Assembly (NCBI GenBank): GCA_973895155.1
Contig: OZ316896.1
Span: forward strand, 18,278,754 to 18,342,753
Direction: 5' to 3'
Source of the DNA: Marsupella aquatica
Taxonomy: Eukaryota > Plantae > Marchantiophyta
DNA: 64,000 nucleotides
A program made the translations under genes and the position numbers. The first letter of the stretch is position 1, and every line of letters begins with the position of its first letter. The notes under the pieces are model-generated. The model was not told where the DNA came from, ran no database searches, and was given only the letters and a program-made list of their open reading frames with translations. This document shows, piece by piece, positions 37,601 to 49,952 of the stretch.

Positions 37601-40600
37601 GACCCCACCTTCTGACAAGAAAGGAGGGATTAACCACGAAAATGAACTTGCCACCACCTCTATCTAGAAATTCGCGACAAATGACATACCTGAATGTTAT
37701 TTCTGTGCAGCTCTTCAATCAACTGTTTCAGCTCATCAACTGTACCATAAGCAGAATTTAAATCGTACAGGTCTCCGGGCATGTACCCTGCAAGTAAGAT
37801 TGAACTTTAGCAATGGCGTACTGAAATCCATTGGCAAAGTCTTGCCTGTGTAAGGTGATAAATTCTTGCTTTCTATCATTGTGAGTTTGTTAAGTGTGGT
37901 CATTATACTCAAGTAGGTAACTACCTTGTGGAGAAACAGATGTAGTTGGCGGGGGCAACCAAATTGTGGTGATGCCACATTTTGACAAATCCGCTGCCTT
38001 TGATGAAAGTTCCAGGTACCATTTTCTTCTCCAGCTTTCCCAATTGAAGCCTTGAAACTGGCATAAAGAACAACAATCATCAGTGCACATTCTGTCATTG
38101 CTAAATCAACAGCAAATTGTGGAACAGATATCCAACCAATGCCATCAAAGAGACAACTTACTAAACACGTTGCTTAAACTCTGCGATGTACTTACCACGA
38201 TTTCATAGCCTGAACCGGTACCACTATCTGCCAAAAAAAGAGGATACGAAAGGTGAGCTAGTTTTCTCGTCGTTACTCTAGATACTCCGAACACGATGCA
38301 ATCATAACCGAGGCTGCTTTTGTCTCTACTGTCATATGACAACGGTTAAAAAGCCTCCCGGCTATGGCCTCACCTTTCTTTTCCACCTCCCTAAGGTCAG
38401 ACTTCTTTTCGAGAGCTCGCTCCAACGCCCTCCTTTGCTCATCCAAAGCTTCCTTCTCAACAGCAACCTGTGTGAAGAGGTCATCTTTCTTGGCCTTTGC
38501 AAAAGCGATCGACCAAACCTCCTCTGGTGTTGGCAAATACAAAGGTAACTCAGCTTCATTATGTGACTCGATTGGCAAGGGGTTTCTTGGGGGAAGGTTC
38601 TGAAGTCCCGCTTGAATTCTCCACTTCATCCACTCTGGTGTTTGTCTTCTGGGCCCATTTGCAAGTAAATCCCACTTTCTGGAATTATTTCCAAGCAAAT
38701 TATCCATCCGTCCCCCATTGATAAGTTCTTCTGCTTTTGGAAAAGATTGTGGTTTTGAGTCATCCTCCCTCACTCTATGGAGAAGACCTTCCACAGTAAG
38801 AGCACGATTTCTCCAAGCTTTGGCAACAGTCTCTGCTGCCGTTAGCGACTTTTCTAAAGCTTCATGTACTCTAACATTGGCTTGCTCCTTGACAGTTGCA
38901 ACTTCCTGTGCAGCAAAGTAGGTAGCCTTCAGAGCTTCAATATCTGCATTCATAGCTCCGTTGGATGAACTCTCTCTCGTTGTTACCGAAGCTTTGATCG
39001 TATCCAAGGCGTGTTTCAGACTCTCTTCTCGTTCCTGGGAAGCCTTTTCTGCAGCTGCTTGGACCTCTCTTACCTTGGCTTCTGCGTGAGCGACCCTGCC
39101 AAGTGCTTCATCGATCCTCACCTGCGCGGCTGCAAGCTCAGCTCGGAGATTCTCCACTAACGCTTCCGAGACGTGCAATTGCTGTTCTAAGACTTCTAAC
39201 TTCCCTTTCAGAATCAATTCTGAGGACATTGCGTCGGCAAGCTCTTCAATGAGTTTTGATTGTTTCTCCCTTGCTTCTTGTGCTCTTGCTGCCTGCTCTT
39301 GTGCTAGTGCAGCAGCAGCAAAGCTTCCGTCAATGCAGAGCTGGCCTCTTTCATCACCAAGTCGGCAGCTTTGGCAGTGGCGGAATGAATGCTCTGCTGC
39401 ACTCTTAGAGCTGCATCAGCAGCAGCAGTCTCTGCACTATCGATTTTCAATCTGACCTCAGCAGCGAAACTCTGAGTAGCTACACGCATTGCAGACTCAG
39501 CAATCTTCTCCACATTGATGGCAAGATTTACCGCATCTTGTTTTGCCTGTCCCACTTCTAGTGACTTTTCGGTTAGTACGTTTTTCAGTTCAACCTTGAA
39601 ACGATCCTTGGAAGCTTCTAGCTGAGAGATAGCTTCCTCTGAAGTGCGTACCATAGCTGCGGCATACTCCTGGGCCTTTGCTTCAGCAACAGATACGGCC
39701 TCAAGTGCATCCTGCCTTGCTTTTTCTGCTTCATGTGCTCGAGTTTCTGCTGCTAACAACGCGGCTTTGAGAGCTTTAGCATCATCTGGAAGGTTAGAAC
39801 CTGGGGTTTGGCCCTCACCAACGCTGTCTGGTGCTGCCGCATCTCCAATCCCAAAGGGCCACTGAAAGACGCCAGGATTCTATTAAGAACGTTGGATATG
39901 TGCTGCTAGTCGAGGTTAATTGCACAGTAGGTAATACGATGGACATGGTCATTCAGGTCAGCCAAACCTTCATAATCATAAATTCACAGAGTGGAGCTGT
40001 ATATTTCCTGAGATGTTAGCATCATGATCGAGTACTGAACTACCTGAAAGTGAAGTTCAGTACTCGACCAAAATGTTTACATCTCCAGTTATGCCCTCAT
40101 TGCCTTTGGAAGAGCAAAAGCAACGTTTGGTCAACTCACCTGCAGCTTGTCTTTGAGCAATTTTCAGATATAGGAGAAAACCATCAAGACTGAATGAAGA
40201 AAATATTTGGTTCCATTACTCAATAAAAGCGTGATTTGAAAGATAATGTGCAAATTTTCCATTTTTCTTGATAGCAGATGATACAAGAAAATTCAGTCTA
40301 TCTAAACTTGTCCTAAATCTAGGAACCCCCCTTACGCTTGCATAGCAGGGATAGAATAGCATAAAATAACTTTGAAACAGATTGACATGATAGAACTCCT
40401 GAAATTTTTACCCAAACTTCACTGGTGTGATATCTTCTCTGCTAATCGGTGCCAAGGTCCTCGATCCAGGGAGCATGACATCTTTCAAACATAGGAGTAG
40501 ATTCTCATTTGGATTTTATTTGAGCTGCTGTAATGTACCATACCTTTGATGCTCTCACAGCGAAAGTTCCCGCAGAACCGTCCCCTTCAACGCTATGCGA

Positions 40601-41028
40601 TCCTCTGTTCTGCCTCTGACCCAATCCTCTGAACGAAAAAACAAAATGCGCGGTGCGATCCAACGAGATTGTATTATCCATTCCACTTCTTCCACATTCC
40701 TCTTGCGTTTGAGCATTCCTCTTGCGTTTGAGCCAGTACGAACCCCTAGAAGCTTCAAAGAATCACAAATCCTTCCAAACAAAGAGGAAGGGAGCACTGA
40801 CCGATATCCGGAAGAGGAGAATGTTTGCAGCGGTGAAGAAAAACTGACAGCAACGGTCTTGTGCTGCAGTGGTTTCCGCACAAAATTGGGAGTTTCCTGC
40901 ACACAAGTAGGAGACCTCCCTTGATGGACTGCAGCCCCAGTAGGAGCATGGACAGCTCTCATCTTGAATTCATTTGATCGCGGCTCCCGCAGAACTGATA
41001 CAATCGTAGATGTTGTGGCCACCGGCAT
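34650..41028 (-). CDS. AMY: GH13 alpha-amylase with a transit-peptide-like start and a ~500-aa coiled-coil N-terminal extension; two apparent 1-bp frameshifts
   Basis: [46 protein letters not shown] (nucleophile Asp), IGEYWD (Glu), [11 protein letters not shown] (Asp) and the C-terminal beta domain. The large Ala/Glu/Lys-rich exon spans 38374-39862. Frame breaks lie at about 39320 and within exon 1 (about 40640). Confidence 0.9.
40028..40067. repeat. Perfect 14-bp-arm hairpin in the amylase first intron
   Basis: tcgagtactgaact-N12-agttcagtactcga. Confidence 0.8.
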
Positions 41029-41651
41029 TGCAGCCGATATATCCTGTCAGCACATCACGTAACCCATGGTACTTCATAACTTGGCCATATCCATCACCAC
41101 AGAGGGCCCGCAATTGGTCATACCCATCACAATTTATTAACCTTGATCGATTATGTAGCTGGCATTCACATTCACTTTCTCCTGCCCTTTCTCGGGCTCC
41201 TTAGTCAGTAGCTTCAAGTTTATTTATACTTTCCTCATATCCTCGCCGCCTTTCGCTCTGTTCTCCACATTTTACTAAGAGTGCCGAAGAGGACCGAATT
41301 TCATTCGGTTCTCCTCAATTCAAGTCTACGCCATTCCGTTCTCTCTCTTTTGCTCTCTCGATTCTCCCTCAGTCCACAATGCGAGAGAGACGTGAGATAC
41401 GTGGCAGGCTAGACACGTCTCTCAAAATCCAGCAGCACATCATCATCCCGTGACTACATTGCTATCATGATCCGCAGGACATTTGCGCTGGAATACCGGC
41501 AAGAATCTATCCCGTTCATGGAAGCTAATAACAGATGATGGATTGATTTTGCCAATGCAAGAAGAGAAAGAAGGCGAAGAAGGCAATCACGCCCTTCTTC
41601 GCGTGCTGGCAATTCATAAATTATCATCATATCTTCAACACCATTTAGCTT

Positions 41652-41696
41652 CTTCACTTCACTTCACTTCACTTCACTTCACTTCACTTCACTTCA
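41652..41696. repeat. (CTTCA)9 microsatellite upstream of the amylase, probably in its 5' leader
   Basis: Direct reading. Confidence 0.9.
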
Positions 41697-42626
41697 TTGC
41701 AATAGCAGGAAAGCAGACGAGTAAGAAGAGCAAACGAGGAGAGGAGAGGAGAGGGCTCACCATTTCGTCAATTCAGTCGCATTTCGAAGCTCTTGCAATT
41801 CCTTCCTTCCGAACAGCAAGCAACGTGTCAGCCCAGCCACAAGCCCGGAAGCTAAACAGCAGCAGCAGCAGCCCAGCCCAGATCAGGTGTCGGCATCGCC
41901 AAGGATTTGAGCAGTACCCAGTACTGTAATCGTACGAGACTGGGGATCGGGGGATCGGGGGAACTGGAATGGGACGAGAACCCTCTACAGTTGTACAAAC
42001 TTTTCTTGGTCACCCAAAAAAAAAAAAAAAAAAGAAGTACCAAAAGCGTTCGTTTGCTTCTTTCATCGTCATCTCTCCTTTTCTCTCTTTTTCTTCTCCT
42101 TTTTCTTCTCCTTTTCTTCGATAGCAAATAAATTCCTTCCTCAGTCTTTTCTTTGGTCTGTTCCACCGCCGTGCTATTTCGAGAAGGATGCAAAGAACTG
42201 GTTAAAGATCAGCAAAAATGAATGACTGGAGAGAAATTGATTGGTCACAAGCCTGGGTATGGGCCTGAGATTCTTCGCTATAGTATGCTATACTAGACTG
42301 AGTGTCATTTCTTTGAACGTAAACACAAGTGATGCCGACCATTCAAGTAAGAGTGGCTTTATACCACCCTAGGGGCAATTTGAGCCTTTTTTACCAAAGC
42401 TAATTTATCTCACTTTTAACATCCTAAAGTTAGTGCATCGGGGCTAATGGAGAGTTTTGAATCACTTTATGGACCCAAATATCTTGTGACGTGACTAGTG
42501 CAGTACAGCAAATGGTGCTAGAATAATGTGCTAGGTGACAAGTTGGGGACCCACTTCACCTTAAACCACCATTGTCCACCAGGTTTGGGGAGGACAAAAG
42601 AGCACTATAATACTGTTCTGAGCAGC

Positions 42627-42786
42627 TTTTTGGTTTATTTTTGGCACTTTAAAGTCACTTAGTTCTTTGGCTCAGGCTCTTCTTGTAGTGACACATCTGA
42701 TGAGCCCCTTTTTGGTTTATTTTTGGCACTTTAAAGTCACGTAGTTCTTTGGCTCAGGCTCTTCTTGTAGTGACACATCTGATGAG
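42627..42786. repeat. About 81-bp tandem duplication
   Basis: tttttggtttatttttggcactttaaagtcac.tagttctttggctcagg...acacatctgatgag occurs twice. Confidence 0.9.
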
Positions 42787-42930
42787 GACTTTTCATCTGG
42801 CTGTTTAGTTTACTCCAACTTTGAGTCTTTTATATTAAAACTGGACCCAGATGCCACTCATCAGATGTGGGTCCAGTTTTATAAAAGACTCAAAGTTGGA
42901 GTAGACCAAGCAGCCAGGTGAAACGTCCTC
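42784..42930. repeat. 147-bp foldback (MITE-like or hairpin-RNA-like inverted repeat)
   Basis: Arm gaggacttttcatctggctgtttagtttactccaactttgagtcttttata..aaaactggaccca pairs with tgggtccagttttataaaagactcaaagttggagtagaccaagcagccaggtgaaacgtcctc. Confidence 0.88.
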
Positions 42931-43262
42931 CAGGAGAGTTGGTCTTAAATAAGCCACATAAGCAAGCCGAGAAGCAAACTGTGGGCCCATTCATTCCATG
43001 TAGGATCAGCAACAGGTTAGGGTTGAAAGTGCCCCCAACATTTTGTAAATTGAACAACATCAGTTTCTCCCCAATGGATGGCCCTGATCACATCTTGGAA
43101 AACCCCAAAATAGTTCCAACATTTTTTGAAGCCACCCTAAGCACAGGTGATTGGGGGCCATTCAAGCTGCGCCATTTGCAAAGACTCAGGTCTAGCTCGT
43201 GCCGTAGGGTCTGTACCTGAATGGCCCTCAAGTTTTGAGAAACCACTGCAGCACCGTACGTA

Positions 43263-46200
43263 CTATGAGACCGTGAGAACATTGTTTTCAAAGCCTCCTA
43301 CATAAACAATTGGACGCCTAGTGTCAACCCTCCAGGATCCATCGACAACAAACTTTACCTGCAAGGCCAACAACCTGGCATCAGAGGACTGAAGTACTTC
43401 ACTAATGAGGCCAAGACAATACGGAAGTTCACTTTGCGAGCACTTAATTCTATTGCGTTGTAGTTATACCTCATATTTTCCAGGATAGAGTGGTAAAGAG
43501 CAGGTAAATACTCCTGCACTGGACTTCTCCATTTTAACCTGCATTGAAAGCCACAGCTCCAAGTTTTATTTCCTGCACCATCAAGATCGAGAGAAAAGAT
43601 AATCGCAAGACTAACTACAACTGGCATGGCCATCACGTAACTATCTCACAGCACTGCATGAGCTGTTGATTTGGTAGTGGTATTTTGCACGAAGCAGGTA
43701 TCATGAAACTGCATGCAAGTATACAGTACTGGCTATTGCTTCCATGTCACTTCTATTCAAAGATAAATTCTTAAGGACAAGAAGAGGCATGGCTTTGACC
43801 TGACTATTCCAACCATTAAATGAACCCGTCAGATAAACCTCGTTGGCAGGGTTGGGCCACACAATACGAGCGGTCCGCAAATGCTGAGAAATACTCCTTG
43901 CCCGTTCTACTTCCCGATTTTTCGCCTCCAGAATCTTGCGAGCTTCCCTGAACGTTCAAAGAAAAAAAAATGAGTCTGAAACCAAGGGAAGAAATGTGTT
44001 GGATTCAAATCCGAGGAAAGCTTTTGGGAGTCTGGTGAGCCATGAAGTCGATCTCTAAGCTTTGTAATAGCGACTTCTTGAAAGTTCCAACACTCGTACA
44101 TGATCTCGACTTTCAAGTTCCCCTCCACTGCAGCTACTTGGGCTCGTGTAGTATTTAGCTCATTTCTTGCTTGCATTATCGCATTCTCACGAAACTCCAA
44201 TGTGTCTTCAGCATCAATAAATTCTGAAAGAGCCCCATTACGTTCCTGATGAGGGCCAAAGAATACAATTCGTTACTTCCCATCAAGGTGGTATGGCTTA
44301 ATCTTCTATCGGCAATGAAAGATGGCAACCTAACACATACGAAACACGTAACAGACATCAGACAAAAGAGGTCCACCGACCAAGCGACTGTGCAAACACT
44401 CCACTTAAAACAATAAGATTTATGCCCCCAAACAGGTCGACTTATTCAGAACCAGGAACAAAGGAAGTTGAAGTAACTCTTCTGAGAGTTGAAGACCCAT
44501 CTCATGACAAGGAGGTACAGAAAAATGCACGAAGTGAACAGAATTGAATCTACCTCATCATCAGCATTTCCTGCTTTCCACAATTCTTCACTGACTGACT
44601 GCAATGCTGCACGCGTAGCACCTAGCTTAGCGGCAAATGTGTGAATACGGTTCTCCGTGGACTTGGAATCAACTACTAGAGATGCCGCAAACGAGTTTTC
44701 ACCTGATTTTGATCTTGTTTCAAGCATCCACTTCTCCCTTCTATCAAAAAATTGATGTAACCAATCTGAAATTCCGTTCATTTCATCTATGCTCTCGGAG
44801 TTCACAACTTTTGGCCTCCCTTTCCTTCTGGGACTCCTTTTCCTTCGTGGTGGGGCACCAACTGTAACAATAACACCTGATGGCCCAGAATCCACGGGTA
44901 CACTTTTAAGGAGGAAAGTACATAACCGTCGCAATGTGATGTTAACAGCGGATGCAAATATTGAAGAAATATGAAGCAACCAGCCAACCTCAGCGAAAGG
45001 TGGACACACACCTTTTTCATCCAGCAGAGAGTTTTCAGCTGGCACTTCACCCTTAGTCTCGGTTTGAAGATCGTTTTCATCTGGGAAATTACTGGGAATT
45101 GTTGTCTCACTGGTTTCGTTCACAAAGCCGTTGCTGGCTGAGTCTTGGCCCCATGTGTCTCCTTTTAGCGGCCTTTTGAGCTTCACGAACATGTCAGACA
45201 CCCGCGTATAGGTCAGAGCAATGGCTTCGAAAACAGACCGTGACAAGGGGTTCATTAAAGTCCAAAGTTGGTTTGGATCAGATGACAACATAAGCAGGAG
45301 AAGTAATATTAAAGTCTGATTCAGGACGCTCCTTCGAAACTTGCGAGTCGGCGCTGAATCTACAGAGATGGCAACTTATCGTTGACGAAGTGCTACAACG
45401 ACTTCGAAGGATTCTTTCCCAAGGTATATTCTAATGACCAAGTTGCTCGAGCAGCTTTGCATTTCATAGAGCACATACCTTGAGCTCTTCTGTGACTCTG
45501 AAGATACTCTCAAGCCTCTCCAAAACTTGAACATCATCATTAGAAGGTCTACTTGTTGTTTTCGTCTCATGAACAGCTGAATCTCCGTCAAAAGGGAGGT
45601 CCGCCCTTTCCATTATAGACAAGTCTTCGAATGAGTCACCGTCGGTAGAGAGCATTGTCCTTTCGTTATCCTTCTTCCTGTTCCAATCATGCTTCGAGCA
45701 ACGAAGCAGAGCATGTCAGTCAAATCCCATCGCAAAGACCATGTTGAACTAAATACACTTGTTGGCATAGAGATACGCAGCGCCCAGAAATGCAGAGGGA
45801 TGTGGAAAACATGACCAAACTTCATGCCTTTCGAACATTTTCTTGCCCGCCGTTGTGCAGTTTTGGTCCATTCGTCCTGTGTAGTTAAAATTCGCTCATT
45901 CTTTCATACCTTTTGATTTTAACCATTATACATTGCAACTAGGCCATGACAAGAACTGATCACCCACCGTCCATCTTTGTGGTCCACCGCGTTGGCTACG
46001 TCCCGAACTAGGTTACTGCTATTTACTCGGCCTTCAATTTCGTGGGTCCTTTCGTCAATTGCGACCATCCGAGAGGGATTCCTGGCGGTCGAACTGCGCT
46101 TTACAGAGCTAGCTTTCAGTTTTCGAGAGGAGCGTTTGCGAGAGCTACCTCTCTCCCGTCGTGCAGCACTGGCTTTCCTATCTGTGCCTAGACTTTCACC

Positions 46201-46881
46201 CGAAAAGTCGGTGCTGCTCGTCTCCGCTTCGTCCCACCCAGCTGCCAGCCAGCCTCCTTCCCGATCTATTGCCATTGCCAAATCTAATCTTCCAGCGGAT
46301 ATAAGATCCTGCCTCGTAGGAAACGCATCGGGTTTGCCTGACTGCTGCATGAATGTAAAAAGCTCCAGCTCTAAGTCCACGGTACCTTCTATATTACTAA
46401 AACTACCGTTCAAACTTGACTTGGCCACTAGCCATCTGGGTCTGCTAAATTTCATAAAATGGAGAACACGGCACACCCGCTCAAACCTCTCTCTGAAAGC
46501 TCCAACCCTGACACTAATAGGAGCAAGATGGGTGCCAGAGACATTCCCGCGCGACTCTGCTCTGGACAACTCTCGACTTCCCGAGCAGGAGGCCAATTGC
46601 TGAGCATGATGATAAACCCTAGCTAAATCGTCTCCCACGGAGCTTCTAGTGCATCTGCAATGAATCTGATTCCTTTCTAGAGCAGAGGCCAACGCACGGC
46701 ATTGTGGTACAAACGTAATTTTCGGCAGCAGCACCAACAGGGGTGGCCGACATTTCCTACTAAGGCAGCTGCTGCCACTAACAGCTGTGGTCGCAGTGGG
46801 CGATGATGATCCAAACCAAGCGGCCTCAGCAGAATGGTGAACGCAAGGGGCTATGGCTGCTTGTTTGCCAAGGATCTCCAT
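43263..46881 (-). CDS. PTST2: PROTEIN TARGETING TO STARCH 2 / FLO6-like (N-terminal PTST2/3 domain, coiled coil, C-terminal CBM48)
   Basis: ELFTFMQQSGKPDAFPTRQDLISAGRLDL..AI.REGGWLAAGWD; coiled coil EFRENAIMQARNEL...; CBM48 exons IVWPNPANEVYLTGSFNGW | VKMEKSSAGVFTCSLPLYPGKYE | VKFVVDGSWRVD...ENNVLTVS* with stop at 43263-43265. Confidence 0.9.
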
Positions 46882-47990
46882 CCATCCATCTACAAACTAC
46901 TCGCAGAATCCTTCATGACCTTTCTCTTCCTCCCTCCGACCCACTTTCTTGAACGAATCAATAGAAAGAGGAGCAAACTACTGAAACCCTACCTCTGCGA
47001 AAAATATATTTCTCACGATTCCTACATTGTTTGAAAATTCTGTCATTAATTTCGCTTAACAGTCTCTCGTTATATAAAATTTTCGTTTACATGCTTGCTT
47101 TCTCCGCCCGTTTGCTCCTCCTGCTGCTGCTTCTGTGACCTAATTCTGGCCTTCGTAGCTTCCCTTTTGCCCTCACTGCAACTGCTGGCTGCTACTTCCG
47201 TGACCTAATTGTGGCCTGAATCTCGTCCTTTGCAATCTTCAACCTCGCCGACTTTCCTTCTTTCGCAAAACAGTATGTCTGCGTGGGCATTGCAATCATA
47301 GTTCACACGACAGGCTGATCCATCCTAATCTCTTCCTTTGCGATTCCTTCTCTCTTGAACATCGCCAACTTTCCTAATTCCTTCTTTCGCAATACCGAAT
47401 ATCCGCGAGGAGCTTGCGATGATAGGTTACAGGAGATGCTGATCCATCGATCCCGCCAGCAACCCAGCGACTCACTCTATCCACAGACCAGAGGAGCAGA
47501 GCTTCCACCTTCCAATTTCAACGCAGAGATAAGCCCACTGTAGCCACAGTCTGTCTCCCCAATGCATACCGTTTTCCGCTGTAGAGTTGTCCGTAATGTG
47601 GCCAAATCCGAGTCATCCAGAATTAAGCGTTTACAGTACTTAAATCCTATTCGTGAGTTTTATCTGTGTAATTTTAGGGGCCACTAAAGGTTGGGATAAA
47701 CAGGCGTTTAGAGTGCCCTCTTTGGACTCCTTTTTCTTTGGACCACTTTTTCTTGCCTTTCATTGTACTTTGTTTTTTTCCTGGCATATAAACTTTGGTG
47801 AGTTGCTCGTTTTTACAGTCGTTAGGGGGACTTTACAAGACAAATCTGCCTATTGTAGTGTCTCTCCATCCAACACAAAGCTGAAGGTAGGTTCCATATA
47901 CTAAATTTTTTTAACTTTTAAAGGGTACGCAAGGCCAGTCAATACCACACAAGGGGACAAAAGTCACCCCAAAAAGAACAAACACGCAAC

Positions 47991-48302
47991 ACTCCCAGGG
48001 AACCAAAACTGCAAACAAAAAGCAAACTAGTACTGTAAAATGGAACTATACTCAATGGAAGATCAGTGAGTACTTAATGTTCTTACCATGTAAAATGGAA
48101 CAGTCCTTAGCCAAGATGTGCCAAGTTGAGATGCCTGAGCTAAGATACTCCCAGGGAACCAAAACTGCAAACAAAAAGTAAACTAGTACTGTAAAATGGA
48201 ACTGTACTCAATGGAAGATCAGTGAGTACTTAATGTTCTTACCATGTAAATGAAACAGTCCTTAGCCAAGATGTGCCAAGTTGAAATGCCTGAACCAAGA
48301 TG
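47991..48302. repeat. 156-bp tandem duplication
   Basis: actcccagggaaccaaaactgcaaac... starts at 47991 and 48147, with few substitutions. Confidence 0.9.
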
Positions 48303-48771
48303 TGCCGTGTCTGGAGGTCATAAATGCTATGCTTGCTCCGTTTTCTTAGACCACCTCAAGAGTAGGTCTATTTTTTTGACAAAAACATGTACACATCAGG
48401 AAAAAAAGGGACCCATGGTTGTGTAATGGTTTGTTTGATTGTGCCCCCAAGTTCATGTAAATTGAAGACTGACCTGTTCCCACACTTGAATAGCTAGGAT
48501 TGCATCTCACACATAGAATTAAAAGGAATCGTTGCCCCAAAATTCTTTTAAAGTCACCCTGATTTTTCAGATTGTAATTTTCAAGGTAACAGACGAGAAG
48601 AATGCCCTACCAACAAACTTTTGCAGTACCTAATAGGGGGTCTCATTATTTGTGATGGGCCGATTTTTTGGCCGCCCGTGACACATCATCCACGGCCGCG
48701 GGCGAACTGGGGACGGGCACGTGGTCCACACCACCTGCCCACGGGAATTCTGGTCTTGCCATCAAGACAAC

Positions 48772-49637
48772 AAAGGGAACTTTTACACAGAGGGGATGGC
48801 TGAGCTCACCGAGGGATTGATAGACGGAACTACTCTCCCACTCTCTCAACGGCCCAAGGATCACGGAGAGTGTTATTATGACAGAAAATACAAATATTCA
48901 ATCAATTCACAAATTGTATGCGATCATAAAAGGAAGATAACTTTTCTATACAACGGTGAGTTGTATCCTTGAGTGTTAATCCATAGAGTTGTTGTTTTCT
49001 ATTTTATTGTTGTTGTTTTTGAATAAATGTTTGCTAATTGCTGATTGTATTTCTTTGAAACTGTGTAGGGATGGCTGGGTCTTGCCAAGACATAACATGT
49101 GTTAAGAGATCAGATCTGTGGCCTCACATACATGCCAATGAGTTTTTTGAAGAAGGACAATATGTGCTTGGAGACTCGGGGTATGTGAATGCACCCCACA
49201 TGGTGGCTGCATATAAAAATTGTTATGGACACCAGGACAAAACAGACTTCAATTTCTGCATTGCCAAACTCGATATGTCAATGAGCATTGCATTGGCGTG
49301 CTGAAATCCCGGTGGTTCTCATTGAGGGAAATTAGAACTCAACTAAACGACAAAAAATGCAAAGTGTGGATGTGTAGGTGGATTCGAGTGTGTGCTTATT
49401 TACATAATTATGTGTTGGCAATGAGGGATGAGTGGACCTGCAGACCCGCCTGCAGATATTAGCCAAGACCCTCCATTGCCTGTAGACAACAATCCTACTA
49501 TTCCTGAAGATACTGGACATTCCTACAATGTCTTGTCACAAGCAGCACGAGATGCTGGAAGGACACTACAACGGCAAGTCATGGCCCAAACATTGGCATT
49601 GAATAGAAGTCATGGGGGATTTTTAGATGAGAATTAG
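48772..49637 (+). pseudogene. Harbinger/HARBI1-type DDE_Tnp_4 transposase, N-terminally deleted and frameshifted
   Basis: GLIDGT, YYDRKYKYSINSQIVCD, intron 48956-49068, GSCQD, YVLGDSGY, frameshift at about 49267, RYVNEHCIGVLKSRW, CAYLHNY. A second frame break lies near 49440. Confidence 0.9.
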
Positions 49638-49952
49638 GTCAAACTCAAAGTAACATAATGTGACTATGTCCAACTCAAAGTCATTCTTCCATGAAATGTG
49701 GTTCTGAGGACCATAATTATATAAAAGAGCAAGCAATTTTGCCCTGCGTTGTTTATATTATTGTAACACTATTCTGGTGTCTACAAGGTTCTGAGGACCA
49801 TAATTATGTAAAAGAGCAAGCAATTTTGCCCTGCATTGTTTAAATTATTGTAATATTATTCTGGCGTCTATATGGTTCACAAGTGTTGACCCTAAAGAAA
49901 ATCATCAGCTGGAAACAATGGCTCTGAATTCTGAGGTTCACAACTGTTGACC

